IMG/VR virus record: IMGVR_UViG_3300043409_000116
Location: 1 to 53,267 of that record
Length of the DNA: 53,267 nucleotides
Reading direction: 5' to 3' (one strand)
DNA from: a virus
Taxonomy: Duplodnaviria; Caudoviricetes
Part shown: piece by piece, positions 35,775-45,563 of the stretch
Layout of the letters: every line of letters begins with the position of its first letter
How positions within the stretch are numbered: position 1 is the stretch's first letter
The notes under the pieces: model-generated
Seen by the model: only the letters and a program-made list of their open reading frames with translations
Told to the model about the DNA's origin: nothing
Databases searched by the model: none
Translations under genes and position numbers: made by a program

Positions 35775-36737
35775 ATGGCTATCGTAACTAACACTTTCAC
35801 GACATTTGCCGCCAAAGGCATTCGTGAAAATCTTGCAAATATTATCTACAACATCTCACCAGAGGAGACACCGTTCCAATCCAACATTGGAAAAGACAGC
35901 GTGCAAAACACGCTATATGAATGGCAAACGGACTCATTACAGGCAGCTCAAACTAATGCTCAGCTTGAAGGGGACGATATTGGAACCTACGACCCTGTTA
36001 CCGCAACGGTGCGGATGCAGAACTATGTGCAGATCAGCCGCAAAACGGTTGTGCTGTCAGCCACTGAGGAGATTGTCAACAAGGCTGGACGTAAGTCTGA
36101 GCTTGCTTATCAGTTGGCAAAGAAGGGCGCTGAGTTGAAGCGTGATATGGAATTGGTGATGGTGCAAAGCCAGGTTGCAAGCGCAGGTAGCACCAGTGCC
36201 GCACGAACTACCGGATCTGTCTTGGCTTTCATCAAGACCAACACTGATGTTGGCGCATCTGGAGCTGACCCGTCCTACACAACGCTGCCAAACAGCTTGC
36301 GTACCGATGGCACTGTTCGGGCCTTCACTGAAACCATTCTCAAAAATGTAATTCAAAAGACCTGGACCTCTGGCGGTACACCGAAAATCCTGATGACGGG
36401 TCCGGTGAACAAGCAGCGCGTAAGCGGATTTGCAGGTATTGCTGCAACCCGCTACAACATCGAAGGTGGCGCTAAACCCGCTACCATCGTTGGCGCTGCT
36501 GATGTCTACGTCAGCGACTTTGGCAATGTGACAGTGGTGGCGAACAGGTTCCAGCGTGAGCGCGATGCGCTAGTGCTGGACCCCGAGTACGCATCAGTTG
36601 CGTACTTGCGTCCTTTCCAGCAGATTGAGCTGGCGAAGACGGGTGACGCTGAGAAGCGTCTGTTGATTGTTGAATATGGCCTCAAGATCACCAGTGAGAA
36701 TGCTCACGGTCTTGCTGCTGATTTGACAACGTCCTAA
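35775..36737 (+). CDS. Major capsid protein (DUF5309/SU10-like)
   Basis: G.RE.L...I.NISP.ETPF, EWQTD, NY.QI, ELKRDME, LAKTGD motifs. Confidence 0.9.
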   Translation: MAIVTNTFTTFAAKGIRENLANIIYNISPEETPFQSNIGKDSVQNTLYEWQTDSLQAAQTNAQLEGDDIGTYDPVTATVRMQNYVQISRKTVVLSATEEIVNKAGRKSELAYQLAKKGAELKRDMELVMVQSQVASAGSTSAARTTGSVLAFIKTNTDVGASGADPSYTTLPNSLRTDGTVRAFTETILKNVIQKTWTSGGTPKILMTGPVNKQRVSGFAGIAATRYNIEGGAKPATIVGAADVYVSDFGNVTVVANRFQRERDALVLDPEYASVAYLRPFQQIELAKTGDAEKRLLIVEYGLKITSENAHGLAADLTTS

Positions 36738-36742
36738 AAGGA

Positions 36743-36772
36743 GGGGTGGGCCAGGGCAACCTGGTCCACCTT
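36743..36772 (+). promoter_or_regulatory. 13-bp GCAA-capped hairpin after MCP stop
   Basis: GGGGTGGGCCAGG-GCAA-CCTGGTCCACCTT. Confidence 0.7.
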
Positions 36773-36778
36773 AAAAAG

Positions 36779-37093
36779 ATGGAAACACGAATCTTTGACA
36801 GAAACGATGCCACAGGCATCACTAGGCTCTGGCACTACGACCCAGAGACTGACGAGGCGACTATTGAGACTCAGCAGGATGTCACCAATATTGTGGAAGA
36901 AAACAAAAATCTGTTCAACGCCACCGATAACAAGGCGAACTGGACAGGCGAGTGGCACTGGGTGGCAAAAATTCCACTGAACATCTACTACGAGCTGCAG
37001 GCCAGCGGCAAGATCACAGATCAAGCCTACATGAAACGCTGGCTTAATGACCCCAACAACCGATTCTTCAGAACAAGGCCAGGAAAAGTATGA
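36779..37093 (+). CDS. Hypothetical head-module protein (104 aa)
   Basis: Start at METRIF; WLNDPNNRFFRT motif. Confidence 0.7.
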   Translation: METRIFDRNDATGITRLWHYDPETDEATIETQQDVTNIVEENKNLFNATDNKANWTGEWHWVAKIPLNIYYELQASGKITDQAYMKRWLNDPNNRFFRTRPGKV

Positions 37094-37725
37094 CAATCAT
37101 TGCGGTTTGCACTCCAGCGCGGGATATGGTTCACACCCAGTACGCCTATTGCCTGGTGAACATGGTGGCCTATCACGCCTGCAACACCGATGACCGCATC
37201 GACCTCAAAATCATGCAAGGTACGCTGATACAGAACCAGAGGGCAGAGCTGGCGCTGGACGCTATGCGAGGTGGCTGCACCCACATCCTGTTCATTGACA
37301 GCGACATGACCTTCCCACAGGACATGATTCAGCGGCTGCTGGCGCATGACCTTGACATTGTGGCAACCAACTGCGCCAGGCGCCGGATGCCAACAGGCCC
37401 AACTGCCAAGATTGGCAACAGGCTGGTGTACAGCACGATGGAGGACCACGGGCTGCAGGAGGTGGACACCATTGGCATGGGCGTCATGCTGATCAAGGCA
37501 GACGTATTCCGCAAGATGTCCGAGCCTTGGTTTGAGACTCCCTGGCGCAATGACAAGCGCGGCTATGTCGGCGAGGATGTCTTCTTCTGCCTCAAGGCCA
37601 AGGAAATTGGGTATAAAATCTACATCGACCACGATGTCTCCCGAGAGATAGGCCACATTGGAACCTTTGAATTTCGGCACGAGCATACATGGGTGGTCAA
37701 GGATTTGCAGGACCAGGAGGCGTAA
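37090..37725 (+). CDS. Glycosyltransferase, GT-A fold
   Basis: THILFIDSDM (DxD), GMGVMLI, GEDVFFC, IGHIG. Confidence 0.8.
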   Translation: MTIIAVCTPARDMVHTQYAYCLVNMVAYHACNTDDRIDLKIMQGTLIQNQRAELALDAMRGGCTHILFIDSDMTFPQDMIQRLLAHDLDIVATNCARRRMPTGPTAKIGNRLVYSTMEDHGLQEVDTIGMGVMLIKADVFRKMSEPWFETPWRNDKRGYVGEDVFFCLKAKEIGYKIYIDHDVSREIGHIGTFEFRHEHTWVVKDLQDQEA

Positions 37726-38349
37726 ATGGCTCTCACGACCTACACCGAACTGAAGTCATCAGTTGCTGATTGGCTCAATCGTTCTGACCTCACAGCGGCA
37801 ATTGCCGACTTCATCAGTCTCGCCGAGGCTCAGATGGAGCGCGTCCTACGCACCCGGCAGATGATTGTTCGCTCTAATGCATCCTTCAATGTTGCGTTTG
37901 GGGCAACGCCTTCCGACTTCCTAGAGGTCAGGACATTCAAGCTCTCAGGCACCAACCCGCCGACTCCATTGACATTCTTGACTATTGACGAAATGGACCA
38001 GGAGTCCACCAGGCTCAGTTCCAGTGGCAGGCCAAGATTCTTCACTGTGGTGGGAGGTCAATTTAGGCTTGCTCCGACACCCGACACCAATTACGCAACC
38101 GAGTTGACCTACTACGCAAAGTTGAGCAAGTTGTCTAGCTCTGTCGCTTCCAACTTCATCTTGGAATCTAGCCCAGACGCCTACCTCTACGGCAGCTTGC
38201 TGCAGGCCGCACCCTACTTGCAGGACGATGCCAGAATCCCTGTCTGGGCTGGGCTGTACGAGCGTGCCTTGACCGACTTGCAGGTGGCTGATGACCGTGC
38301 ATCCACCTCTGGTGGCAAACTGTTGACTCGCGCAAGAACCTTGGGGTAA
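37726..38349 (+). CDS. Head-tail adaptor protein
   Basis: YTELKS.VADWLNRSDLT..I.DFI.LAE, PDAYLYGSL motifs; position after MCP. Confidence 0.75.
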   Translation: MALTTYTELKSSVADWLNRSDLTAAIADFISLAEAQMERVLRTRQMIVRSNASFNVAFGATPSDFLEVRTFKLSGTNPPTPLTFLTIDEMDQESTRLSSSGRPRFFTVVGGQFRLAPTPDTNYATELTYYAKLSKLSSSVASNFILESSPDAYLYGSLLQAAPYLQDDARIPVWAGLYERALTDLQVADDRASTSGGKLLTRARTLG

Positions 38350-38352
38350 TCA

Positions 38353-38541
38353 ATGATTGTGACCACGACAAAAGGCGAGATGGATGACTCCTTGCTGGAC
38401 AAGCGCGAGGGGTCTGTGGACACCAGCAATGAATCAACCAACTGGGTTGAGTATTGGCATGAGGGCGAGTTGGTGCATCGTTCTGTCAACATGGTTTTGA
38501 AACGCTCCGTTTTTGCTCAAGGCGAAACGCAACAAATTTAA
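38353..38541 (+). CDS. Hypothetical protein (62 aa)
   Basis: ORF track, operon continuity. Confidence 0.7.
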   Translation: MIVTTTKGEMDDSLLDKREGSVDTSNESTNWVEYWHEGELVHRSVNMVLKRSVFAQGETQQI

Positions 38542-38550
38542 GGAACTGCT

Positions 38551-39006
38551 ATGGCAAACACTCAGGCGATGTGTACCAGCTTCAAGGGTGAACTGCTGGT
38601 GGGACACCACAACTTTGGTACTGGGGTAACCCGAGGTTCAACCGCTGCCGACACCTTCAAGGCTGCGCTGTACCTGGCCTCTGCCACCGTCAACGCAAGC
38701 ACCACCGCATTCAGCGCAACCAATGAGGTGTCAGGCACTGGCTACACCACAGGCGGCGTCACTGTAACCTTTGGCACTGCGCCAAGCACCAGCGGCACGA
38801 CTGCCTTTGTCACGCCCAGCGCCAGCATTGCATTCACCTCTGTCACGTTGTCCACAGCGTTTGATGCGGTCCTGATTTACAACAGCACCCAATCAAACAA
38901 GGCAGTCAGCGTCCACACCTTTGGCAGTCAGACAGTCACTGCCGGGACATTCACGCTGACCATGCCAACAAATGATGCAAGCACTGGCCTGATCAGGCTG
39001 GCGTAA
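38551..39006 (+). CDS. Putative virion protein, allele B of 87..542
   Basis: 4 aa differences. Confidence 0.7.
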   Translation: MANTQAMCTSFKGELLVGHHNFGTGVTRGSTAADTFKAALYLASATVNASTTAFSATNEVSGTGYTTGGVTVTFGTAPSTSGTTAFVTPSASIAFTSVTLSTAFDAVLIYNSTQSNKAVSVHTFGSQTVTAGTFTLTMPTNDASTGLIRLA

Positions 39007-39019
39007 GCAAGGGGGCAGC

Positions 39020-39721
39020 ATGGCTGCTTATGGGTCAGGCTACTACGGGCTTGGTGTTTATGGCATAGGCAATGTTGTCATCAGCGGCAACACGGCTACT
39101 GGTGATGTTGGTACGCTGCTGGCTGACAGGTCCATCCAGGAGGATGGGACCATTGCCACTGGCAATGTTGGCACAGTAACGCTCACGTTGTCGGTTGGCA
39201 TCACAGGCAACCAGGCTACAGGTGCGGTTGACTCGGTAACGCCATCAGCAGCCCTGGCTGTGACAGGCAATGCAGCAACCCTAGCGGTTGGCAGTGTTGA
39301 TCACAGCAAGGCGGTTGACGTTAACGGCAACCAGGCTGCTGGTGCGGCTGGTTCTGTTGGTGTTGGTGTGAACAGGGCTTTGACAGGCAACACGGCAACA
39401 GGTGCTGTGCAGACGATGCCTTCTGAAGTCCTGGTGTTCCAGGCCATCACGGGTAACGGCGCAACGGGCAGTGTTGGCAGTGTGGGTCACAGCAAGGCGG
39501 CGGCGATCAGCGGGAATGCAGCCACTGGTTCGGTGGGCATCGTCTTTGGATTTGGCTGGGGTGCTATCCCCAACACGGCAGAGAGTTACACGGCAATTAG
39601 CGACACTGCAGAGACTTGGACCTCGATTGGCAACACGGCAGAAACGTACACGGCGATTAGCGATACAGCAGAGACTTGGACTGCAATCGCAGATAATTCT
39701 GAAACTTGGACACCTGTATAG
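39020..39721 (+). CDS. Repeat-containing virion protein, allele B of 556..1245
   Basis: Near-identical with in-frame indels. Confidence 0.7.
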   Translation: MAAYGSGYYGLGVYGIGNVVISGNTATGDVGTLLADRSIQEDGTIATGNVGTVTLTLSVGITGNQATGAVDSVTPSAALAVTGNAATLAVGSVDHSKAVDVNGNQAAGAAGSVGVGVNRALTGNTATGAVQTMPSEVLVFQAITGNGATGSVGSVGHSKAAAISGNAATGSVGIVFGFGWGAIPNTAESYTAISDTAETWTSIGNTAETYTAISDTAETWTAIADNSETWTPV

Positions 39722-39730
39722 GAGCTAAAA

Positions 39731-40819
39731 ATGGCAGATACCACGACGACCAACCTACTGCTGACTAAGCCAGAGGTTGGAGCCTCAACTGACACGTGGG
39801 GTACAAAGATAAATACGGATTTGGGGTTGGTTGACTCAGTGTTTGATGCGGGTGGCACAGGCACCAGCGTGGGACTCAATGTCGGCTCTGGCAAGACTCT
39901 GGCAGTCACCGGGACGCTGACCAGCACAGGCACCACCAACCTGACATCACCAGCAGTCACCACGGGACTCACCACGCCATCAGCAACCTTTGCCCTGGTC
40001 AACACCACGGCAACCACCGTCAACCTGGCTGGCGCTGCTACCGCTCTAAATGTTGGTGCTGCCACTGGTACTCTCACTGTTGCCAACACCACCCTGGCGG
40101 CGAAGGCCATCACAGCCAGCACAACCTTGGGCGTGACAGGAGCAACCACACTGTCAGCGGCACTGACCTACGGCGGGGTTACGCTGACCAATGCCGTGAC
40201 AGGCACAGGCAAGATGGTGCTGGACACCACCCCTACCTTAGTCACCCCGGCACTCGGTGCAGCCACAGGCACAAGCCTTGCACTTACGGGCACATTAAGC
40301 GGCGGCACAAGCGGCACAGCGTACAGCTTCTCAGGCAGTGCGCCAGCGACCAGCTTGACATTGGATAGCAGCGGTAACTTGCTGGTGGGGGTTGCCACTG
40401 CAAACGCAAACGGCGGTGTGTTGCAACTGAAAAGCGGGATTACATTCCCCGCCACTGCGGTTGCTGCGACAGACGCCAACACGCTGGATGATTATGAGGA
40501 GGGGACTTGGACTGCAACGGTTGTTGCTGGTGGAACTTTTTCTAGCTTAACTGAAGGTCGTTACACAAAAATTGGCAGACAAGTTTTTGTCATGTTAACT
40601 CCCACCACAACAGCGATTACAGGGCAAATAGAGTTTTCTGGTTTGCCTTTTGCAGCATCAGGCGCAAGGTCTGCATTAGTAACTGCCGCCTCCCCTCCAA
40701 CTGGTGTTATATATGCCCCTCTTTTTGTGGATTCAAGCAGTATTTATATCAATGTTACCGGAACTTATGCGGGTAGTTCGGTATCCACATATTTTGCCGC
40801 AGTTTATCAAACATCTTAA
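39731..40819 (+). CDS. Tail fibre / receptor-binding protein, allele B (362 aa)
   Basis: Shares N-terminal anchor and GITFPAT...LDDYEEG with allele A; different shaft and tip. Confidence 0.85.
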   Translation: MADTTTTNLLLTKPEVGASTDTWGTKINTDLGLVDSVFDAGGTGTSVGLNVGSGKTLAVTGTLTSTGTTNLTSPAVTTGLTTPSATFALVNTTATTVNLAGAATALNVGAATGTLTVANTTLAAKAITASTTLGVTGATTLSAALTYGGVTLTNAVTGTGKMVLDTTPTLVTPALGAATGTSLALTGTLSGGTSGTAYSFSGSAPATSLTLDSSGNLLVGVATANANGGVLQLKSGITFPATAVAATDANTLDDYEEGTWTATVVAGGTFSSLTEGRYTKIGRQVFVMLTPTTTAITGQIEFSGLPFAASGARSALVTAASPPTGVIYAPLFVDSSSIYINVTGTYAGSSVSTYFAAVYQTS

Positions 40820-40833
40820 TTAAGGAAATTATC

Positions 40834-41082
40834 ATGCCACTTACGAAAACTACAGTCATTGACCAAATTACAGTAACCGAAGATGGTTCTATCTTTTATC
40901 GTCAGGCTACAAAAATTTTTGAAAATGATGTTGAGATTAGCAAGCAATACCACCGCAACAGCCTCACACCGGGGCAAGACCTGACAGGCGTCCCTGCCAA
41001 TGTCGTGGCAATCTGCAATGCGGCATGGACAGCGGATGTGGTTGCAGCATATCAAGCAGCACAACTTGAAAGCCAGTCGTGA
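40834..41082 (+). CDS. Putative tail fibre chaperone, allele B
   Basis: Homolog of 3408..3716 with shorter C-terminus. Confidence 0.6.
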   Translation: MPLTKTTVIDQITVTEDGSIFYRQATKIFENDVEISKQYHRNSLTPGQDLTGVPANVVAICNAAWTADVVAAYQAAQLESQS

Positions 41083-41246
41083 GCCTTGAAGCACAATTCA
41101 GCAGCCATGAAGCCGTCTGTGCTGAAAGGTACGACCAGATCAACGCACGGCTCAAGCGGTTGGAGGGCATCCTCATTAAGACTGCTGGGGTGCTTATCTT
41201 TTCCATGTCGGCTATTGTCTATGCAAGCCTCACACTGCATCGTTGA
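41079..41246 (+). CDS. Small membrane protein, allele B of 3865..4032
   Basis: GTG start, homologous. Confidence 0.7.
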   Translation: MSLEAQFSSHEAVCAERYDQINARLKRLEGILIKTAGVLIFSMSAIVYASLTLHR

Positions 41247-41248
41247 TT

Positions 41249-41395
41249 ATGGATTTCTTCGACATCCTGTCGAAAGCATGGCCTATATTGCTGGCGATCA
41301 TCACTTTGATAATCGTCCTGGCAAAACTCGACTTGCGGGTGGCAGTGTTAGAGGAGAAGATCAAAACGCTGTTTGAAATGTGGAACAAGAAATGA
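41249..41395 (+). CDS. Small membrane protein, allele B of 4035..4181
   Basis: Homologous. Confidence 0.7.
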   Translation: MDFFDILSKAWPILLAIITLIIVLAKLDLRVAVLEEKIKTLFEMWNKK

Positions 41396-41871
41396 TTGAC
41401 CCGCTAACCGCTTTCGCAGTGGCGCAGGGAGCAATCAAAGGCGTCCAGGCGGCAATCAAGATGGGCAAGGACATCAACGCCATCAGCGGCGACTTGATGA
41501 AGTTTTTTGAGGCCAAGGATGTTGTAGCAAAAGCGGCAGTGAAAAAGAAACCCAAGGGGTTTGGGCAGAGCGATACAGCGGTGGCATTTGAGACAGTGAT
41601 GCAGTTGAAACAACTTCAAGATGCAGAGGCAGAGCTAAAGCAGATGCTGATCTGGTCAGGTAACGATGATGTCTGGAACGCCATCATGCTGGAGCGCAAC
41701 AGGATGGTGACAGAGCGAAAGAAGGCAGAGGCTGAAGCAGCTCACGCCAAGGCGGTGAGGGCAGAAGAGATTAGCGACATTGTGAATTTTGGTTTATGGT
41801 CCGCGCTGGTGTCGTCCATAGTTGGCCTGGTGGCCTGGTTGACTTGGCAGATTGTTGGAGATGGAAGATGA
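41392..41871 (+). CDS. Hypothetical TM protein, allele B of 4178..4657
   Basis: Homologous. Confidence 0.75.
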   Translation: MIDPLTAFAVAQGAIKGVQAAIKMGKDINAISGDLMKFFEAKDVVAKAAVKKKPKGFGQSDTAVAFETVMQLKQLQDAEAELKQMLIWSGNDDVWNAIMLERNRMVTERKKAEAEAAHAKAVRAEEISDIVNFGLWSALVSSIVGLVAWLTWQIVGDGR

Positions 41872-42170
41872 ATGACGACAAAGGCGCTTTAATCGAAAAG
41901 GCTACGTTTGCGATACTGCCGCTGCTGTTCTCCTGCGTTGTGTATCTGATGAGCGCCCTGTCCAACTTGAGCCATGAGGTGACCATCCTCAACAGCAAGA
42001 TCAGTCTGGTGGTGACCAGCGACAACAAGCAAGCCAGCAACAGTGGGGCTGAACTCGCAAGGGAAAAGCTGCGTCAGGACTTGGAAAAAGAGATTCAGAA
42101 AAACCGCGACGACATCATGCACAACCGACAAGAGATTGCCGTGATTAACACCAAGCTGGAGAAGAAATAA
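41868..42170 (+). CDS. Membrane coiled-coil protein, allele B of 4654..4956
   Basis: Homologous. Confidence 0.65.
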   Translation: MNDDKGALIEKATFAILPLLFSCVVYLMSALSNLSHEVTILNSKISLVVTSDNKQASNSGAELAREKLRQDLEKEIQKNRDDIMHNRQEIAVINTKLEKK

Positions 42171-42655
42171 TGGATTGGCTTAAACAGATTGCACCGACTA
42201 TCGCCACAGCAATGGGTGGCCCTTTGGCTGGCATGGCGGTGTCTGCCATCAGCAAGGCCATTGGCGTGGACCCCGAGAAGGTGGGCGACTTGATCAGCAG
42301 CAACAAGCTCACTGCCGACCAAATCGCAATGGTCAAGCTGGCTGAGATTGAGTTGCAAAAGCAAGCGCAGGAGCTTGGTCTCAATTTTGAGAAGCTGGAG
42401 GTCGAGGACCGCAAGAGCGCAAGAGATATGCAGTCAGCAACCAGGTCCATGATGCCGCCCATCCTGGCTGCTGCTGTGACCCTAGGATTCTTCACCATCA
42501 TGGTGATGATGTTCTTCAACAAGATTGACAGCGCCAACCCGGCTATCCTGATGATGCTGGGCAGTTTAGGCACAGCTTGGACCGGAATAATCGCCTATTA
42601 TTTTGGCAGTTCTGCTGGAAGCCAAGCAAAGACAGATTTACTCTCAAGGAAATAA
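42170..42655 (+). CDS. Putative holin, allele B
   Basis: Homologous to 4956..5441. Confidence 0.65.
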   Translation: MDWLKQIAPTIATAMGGPLAGMAVSAISKAIGVDPEKVGDLISSNKLTADQIAMVKLAEIELQKQAQELGLNFEKLEVEDRKSARDMQSATRSMMPPILAAAVTLGFFTIMVMMFFNKIDSANPAILMMLGSLGTAWTGIIAYYFGSSAGSQAKTDLLSRK

Positions 42656-42657
42656 CC

Positions 42658-42804
42658 ATGAAACCTGGACTTTATGCCAACATCAACGCCAAGCAAGCAC
42701 GTATCGCCGCTGGCTCCAAGGAAAAAATGAACAAGGTCGGCAGCAAGGCAGCGCCTAGCGCCAAGGACTTTAAGCAAGCCGCCAAGACAGCCAAGAAGAA
42801 ATGA
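42658..42804 (+). CDS. Small basic protein, allele B
   Basis: Homologous to 5444..5590. Confidence 0.75.
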   Translation: MKPGLYANINAKQARIAAGSKEKMNKVGSKAAPSAKDFKQAAKTAKKK

Positions 42805-43088
42805 AGACTCCAGCCTGGCAGCGCAAGGAAGGACAGAACCCCAAGGGCGGGTTAAATGCTGCTGGACGGGCAAGCCTCAAGGCGGCTGGGCAAAACATCA
42901 AGCCACCCGTCAAGTCTGGTGACAACCCTCGACGCGCCAGCTTCCTGGCACGAATGGGCGGCAACGATGGGCCAGAGTACAAGGACGGTAAACCCACCCG
43001 GCTGCTGCTGAGTCTCAACGCCTGGGGTGCCAGCAGTAAGGCAGACGCCAAGATGAAGGCCAAGGCCATCTCAGCGAGAAACAAATGA
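42801..43088 (+). CDS. DUF6321-like basic protein, allele B
   Basis: Homologous to 5587..5874. Confidence 0.7.
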   Translation: MKTPAWQRKEGQNPKGGLNAAGRASLKAAGQNIKPPVKSGDNPRRASFLARMGGNDGPEYKDGKPTRLLLSLNAWGASSKADAKMKAKAISARNK

Positions 43089-43513
43089 CACCGCACTTTT
43101 CCCTCGATGAGTTGACGCACACCGACCACCGAAAGCTGGACAACACACCCAATGCTGCTGAGTTGGCAAACCTTCAGCGCCTGGCTGAGTTTCTGGAGAC
43201 AGTCAAAACAGCACTTGGCGGCAAGCCTGTGATGATTTCGAGTGCCTTCCGCAGTAAGGCCGTAAATGACGCTGTGGGCAGCAAAGACAGCAGTCAGCAT
43301 AGGCAAGGCTTGGCTGCTGACTTCCGAGTGCCTGGGATGGTTCCTGACGCTGTGGTGAGGGCAATCATTGCGGCTAACCTGCCGTTTGACCAGATCATCA
43401 GAGAATTCTCAGACCCAGTGGCTGGTGGTGGCTGGACGCACATCAGCATTGCTGACAAGCCAAGAGGCCAAAGGCTTATTATCGACAAGTTAGGCGTTCG
43501 CCTTTTTGTCTGA
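43085..43513 (+). CDS. Endolysin M15A, allele B
   Basis: Homologous to 5871..6299. Confidence 0.85.
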   Translation: MTPHFSLDELTHTDHRKLDNTPNAAELANLQRLAEFLETVKTALGGKPVMISSAFRSKAVNDAVGSKDSSQHRQGLAADFRVPGMVPDAVVRAIIAANLPFDQIIREFSDPVAGGGWTHISIADKPRGQRLIIDKLGVRLFV

Positions 43514-43522
43514 AAGAACACT

Positions 43523-45001
43523 ATGTTGATGCCCCTCAAAATCCCAGCAGGCGTTTTTCGTAACGGCACCGAGTACCAATCGATGGGCAGGTGGTTCAAC
43601 GCCAACTTGGTGAGATGGTTTGAGGGTACGCTTAGACCTGTTGGCGGCTGGCGCAAGAGGTCATCTAGCCAGGTGACAGGCAAGTGCCGGGGAATCATCA
43701 ACTGGCGGGATGACAGTTCAGCGCGATGGATTGTTGCTGGGACAAACACAAAGTTGTTTGTGATGGACCAGACGGGAACCCTCAAGGACATCACGCCAAC
43801 AACCTTCACCACTGGCAATGCTGATGCCACTCTGCTGACGGGTTACGGCTACAACAACTACGGCAACTTTGCTTATGGCGTAGCCAGGCCCGACACTGGC
43901 GCTATCACACCAGCAGCCACCTGGTCAATGGACACCTGGGGCGAGTACTGGGTGGGCTGCTGCACAAGCGATGGGCAACTGTTGGAATGGCAACTTGGAT
44001 TTACAACACCCACCAAGGCCGTTGCGTTAGTCAATGCACCCACCAGTTGCGCTGCGGTGATGACAACCTCTGAGCGTTTTGTCTTTGCTCTTGGCGCTAG
44101 TGGCAACCCTCGCCTGGTGGCATGGTCAGACCAGGAGGACAACACCACCTGGACGCCAGCCAGCAACAATCAGGCAGGCAGCTTTGAGTTGACCACTGTC
44201 GGCTCTATCGTAGCTGGCAAGCGGGTGCGCGGCGTCAACCTGATATTCACTGACGTTGATGTCCACACCTCAAGCTACATTGGTCAGCCGTTTGTGTTCA
44301 GCTTTGAGAAGGCTGGCTCTGGCTGCGGCTTGATTGGACCCCAGGCTGTAGCGGCAATTGACACTGCCGCCATCTGGATGAGCAGGTCAGGCTTCTGGAT
44401 TTACGATGGCTACGTCAAGCCACTGCCAAGCGACATTGGCGACTTCGTGTTCAGCAACATGAACTTTGAGCAAGCCAGCAAGGTGTATGCGGTCCACAAC
44501 AGCAAGTTTGGGGAAATCTGGTGGTTCTACACCAGTGCAGCCAGTACCGAGAATGACAGTTACTGTATATACAACTACCGGGAAAACCACTGGAGCCTGG
44601 GAACATTGTCCAGGCTGGCGGGTGTTGACAAGGGCGTCTTTAACTCGCCCCTGATGGTCAGCTCTGATGGGTTCATCTACGAGCATGAGGTGGGCTTTGC
44701 CTACGACAGCCAAACCATCTTCGCTGAGTCTGGTCCAGTGGAGATTGGCAATGGTGAGCAGATCATGCAGGTCCGGCAGGTGATACCTGACGAGTCCAAC
44801 CTGGGTGATGTCAGCATCAGCTTTAGCAGCCGCCTCTATCCAACGGGGACAGAGACTAGCTTTGGCCCATTCACCAGTGCCAACCCGACTGACGCCAGGT
44901 TCTCAGGACGCCAGGTCAAGATGAAGGTGACAGCAGACAGCCTGACCGATTGGCGGGTGGGGGTGATGCGTCTGGATGCAGTGCCAGCCGGGAAGCGGTA
45001 A
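43523..45001 (+). CDS. Tail nozzle protein, allele B
   Basis: Same length, near-identical to 6309..7787. Confidence 0.7.
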   Translation: MLMPLKIPAGVFRNGTEYQSMGRWFNANLVRWFEGTLRPVGGWRKRSSSQVTGKCRGIINWRDDSSARWIVAGTNTKLFVMDQTGTLKDITPTTFTTGNADATLLTGYGYNNYGNFAYGVARPDTGAITPAATWSMDTWGEYWVGCCTSDGQLLEWQLGFTTPTKAVALVNAPTSCAAVMTTSERFVFALGASGNPRLVAWSDQEDNTTWTPASNNQAGSFELTTVGSIVAGKRVRGVNLIFTDVDVHTSSYIGQPFVFSFEKAGSGCGLIGPQAVAAIDTAAIWMSRSGFWIYDGYVKPLPSDIGDFVFSNMNFEQASKVYAVHNSKFGEIWWFYTSAASTENDSYCIYNYRENHWSLGTLSRLAGVDKGVFNSPLMVSSDGFIYEHEVGFAYDSQTIFAESGPVEIGNGEQIMQVRQVIPDESNLGDVSISFSSRLYPTGTETSFGPFTSANPTDARFSGRQVKMKVTADSLTDWRVGVMRLDAVPAGKR

Positions 45002-45207
45002 TGAAGGTTCCGACTCCACCGCAAACCTACACGCCAGTGGCAGAGGCCCAGCGTAACTTCCTGCTGGAGTCTGCCGATAGGCAAAACCGCAAGATCAATG
45101 CTGACGTTGAGATTGCCTCAAGCAAGCTAATCTTGACATCACCCAATGGAAGCAGGTTCTCTGTGGTGGTCAGCAACGCAGGGGCATTGTCGGCAACGGC
45201 GCTATGA
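45001..45207 (+). CDS. Small tail-associated protein, allele B
   Basis: Homologous to 7787..7993. Confidence 0.65.
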   Translation: MKVPTPPQTYTPVAEAQRNFLLESADRQNRKINADVEIASSKLILTSPNGSRFSVVVSNAGALSATAL

Positions 45208-45563
45208 CAGATATTGAAAGACTAAGGCCAGAGATAGAAAAAGCCTTAAAATATTCGTTGAACACTCACACATTTGATGATGTTGCTGAGTTGGTCCAGC
45301 AAGCCAAGATGCAACTCTGGCCTGGAAAGAGTTCGGTGATTGTGACGGAGATCGTTCTCCACCCACAACAGAAATGCCTCAACTATTTTTTAGCAGCAGG
45401 CGAGATGGACGAACTAGAACTGATGACGCCAATGATTGAGTCCTGGGGCAAGGGACTTGGATGCACTCGCGTCACATTAGCTGGGCGCAAGGGATGGCAG
45501 CGTACATTCCTGGCGAAGACGGGTTACACGCCACAGTGGTGGATTATGAGCAAGGAGCTATAA
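45204..45563 (+). CDS. GNAT-like protein, allele B
   Basis: Homologous to 7990..8349. Confidence 0.55.
   Translation: MTDIERLRPEIEKALKYSLNTHTFDDVAELVQQAKMQLWPGKSSVIVTEIVLHPQQKCLNYFLAAGEMDELELMTPMIESWGKGLGCTRVTLAGRKGWQRTFLAKTGYTPQWWIMSKEL

Larger units (their letters stand above)
1..38464. mobile_element. Complete unit-length phage genome (circularly permuted), podovirus-like
   Basis: Full set of packaging, head, tail, lysis and replication genes; sequence at 38465 re-enters the sequence at position 1 (offset 38464). Confidence 0.9.
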
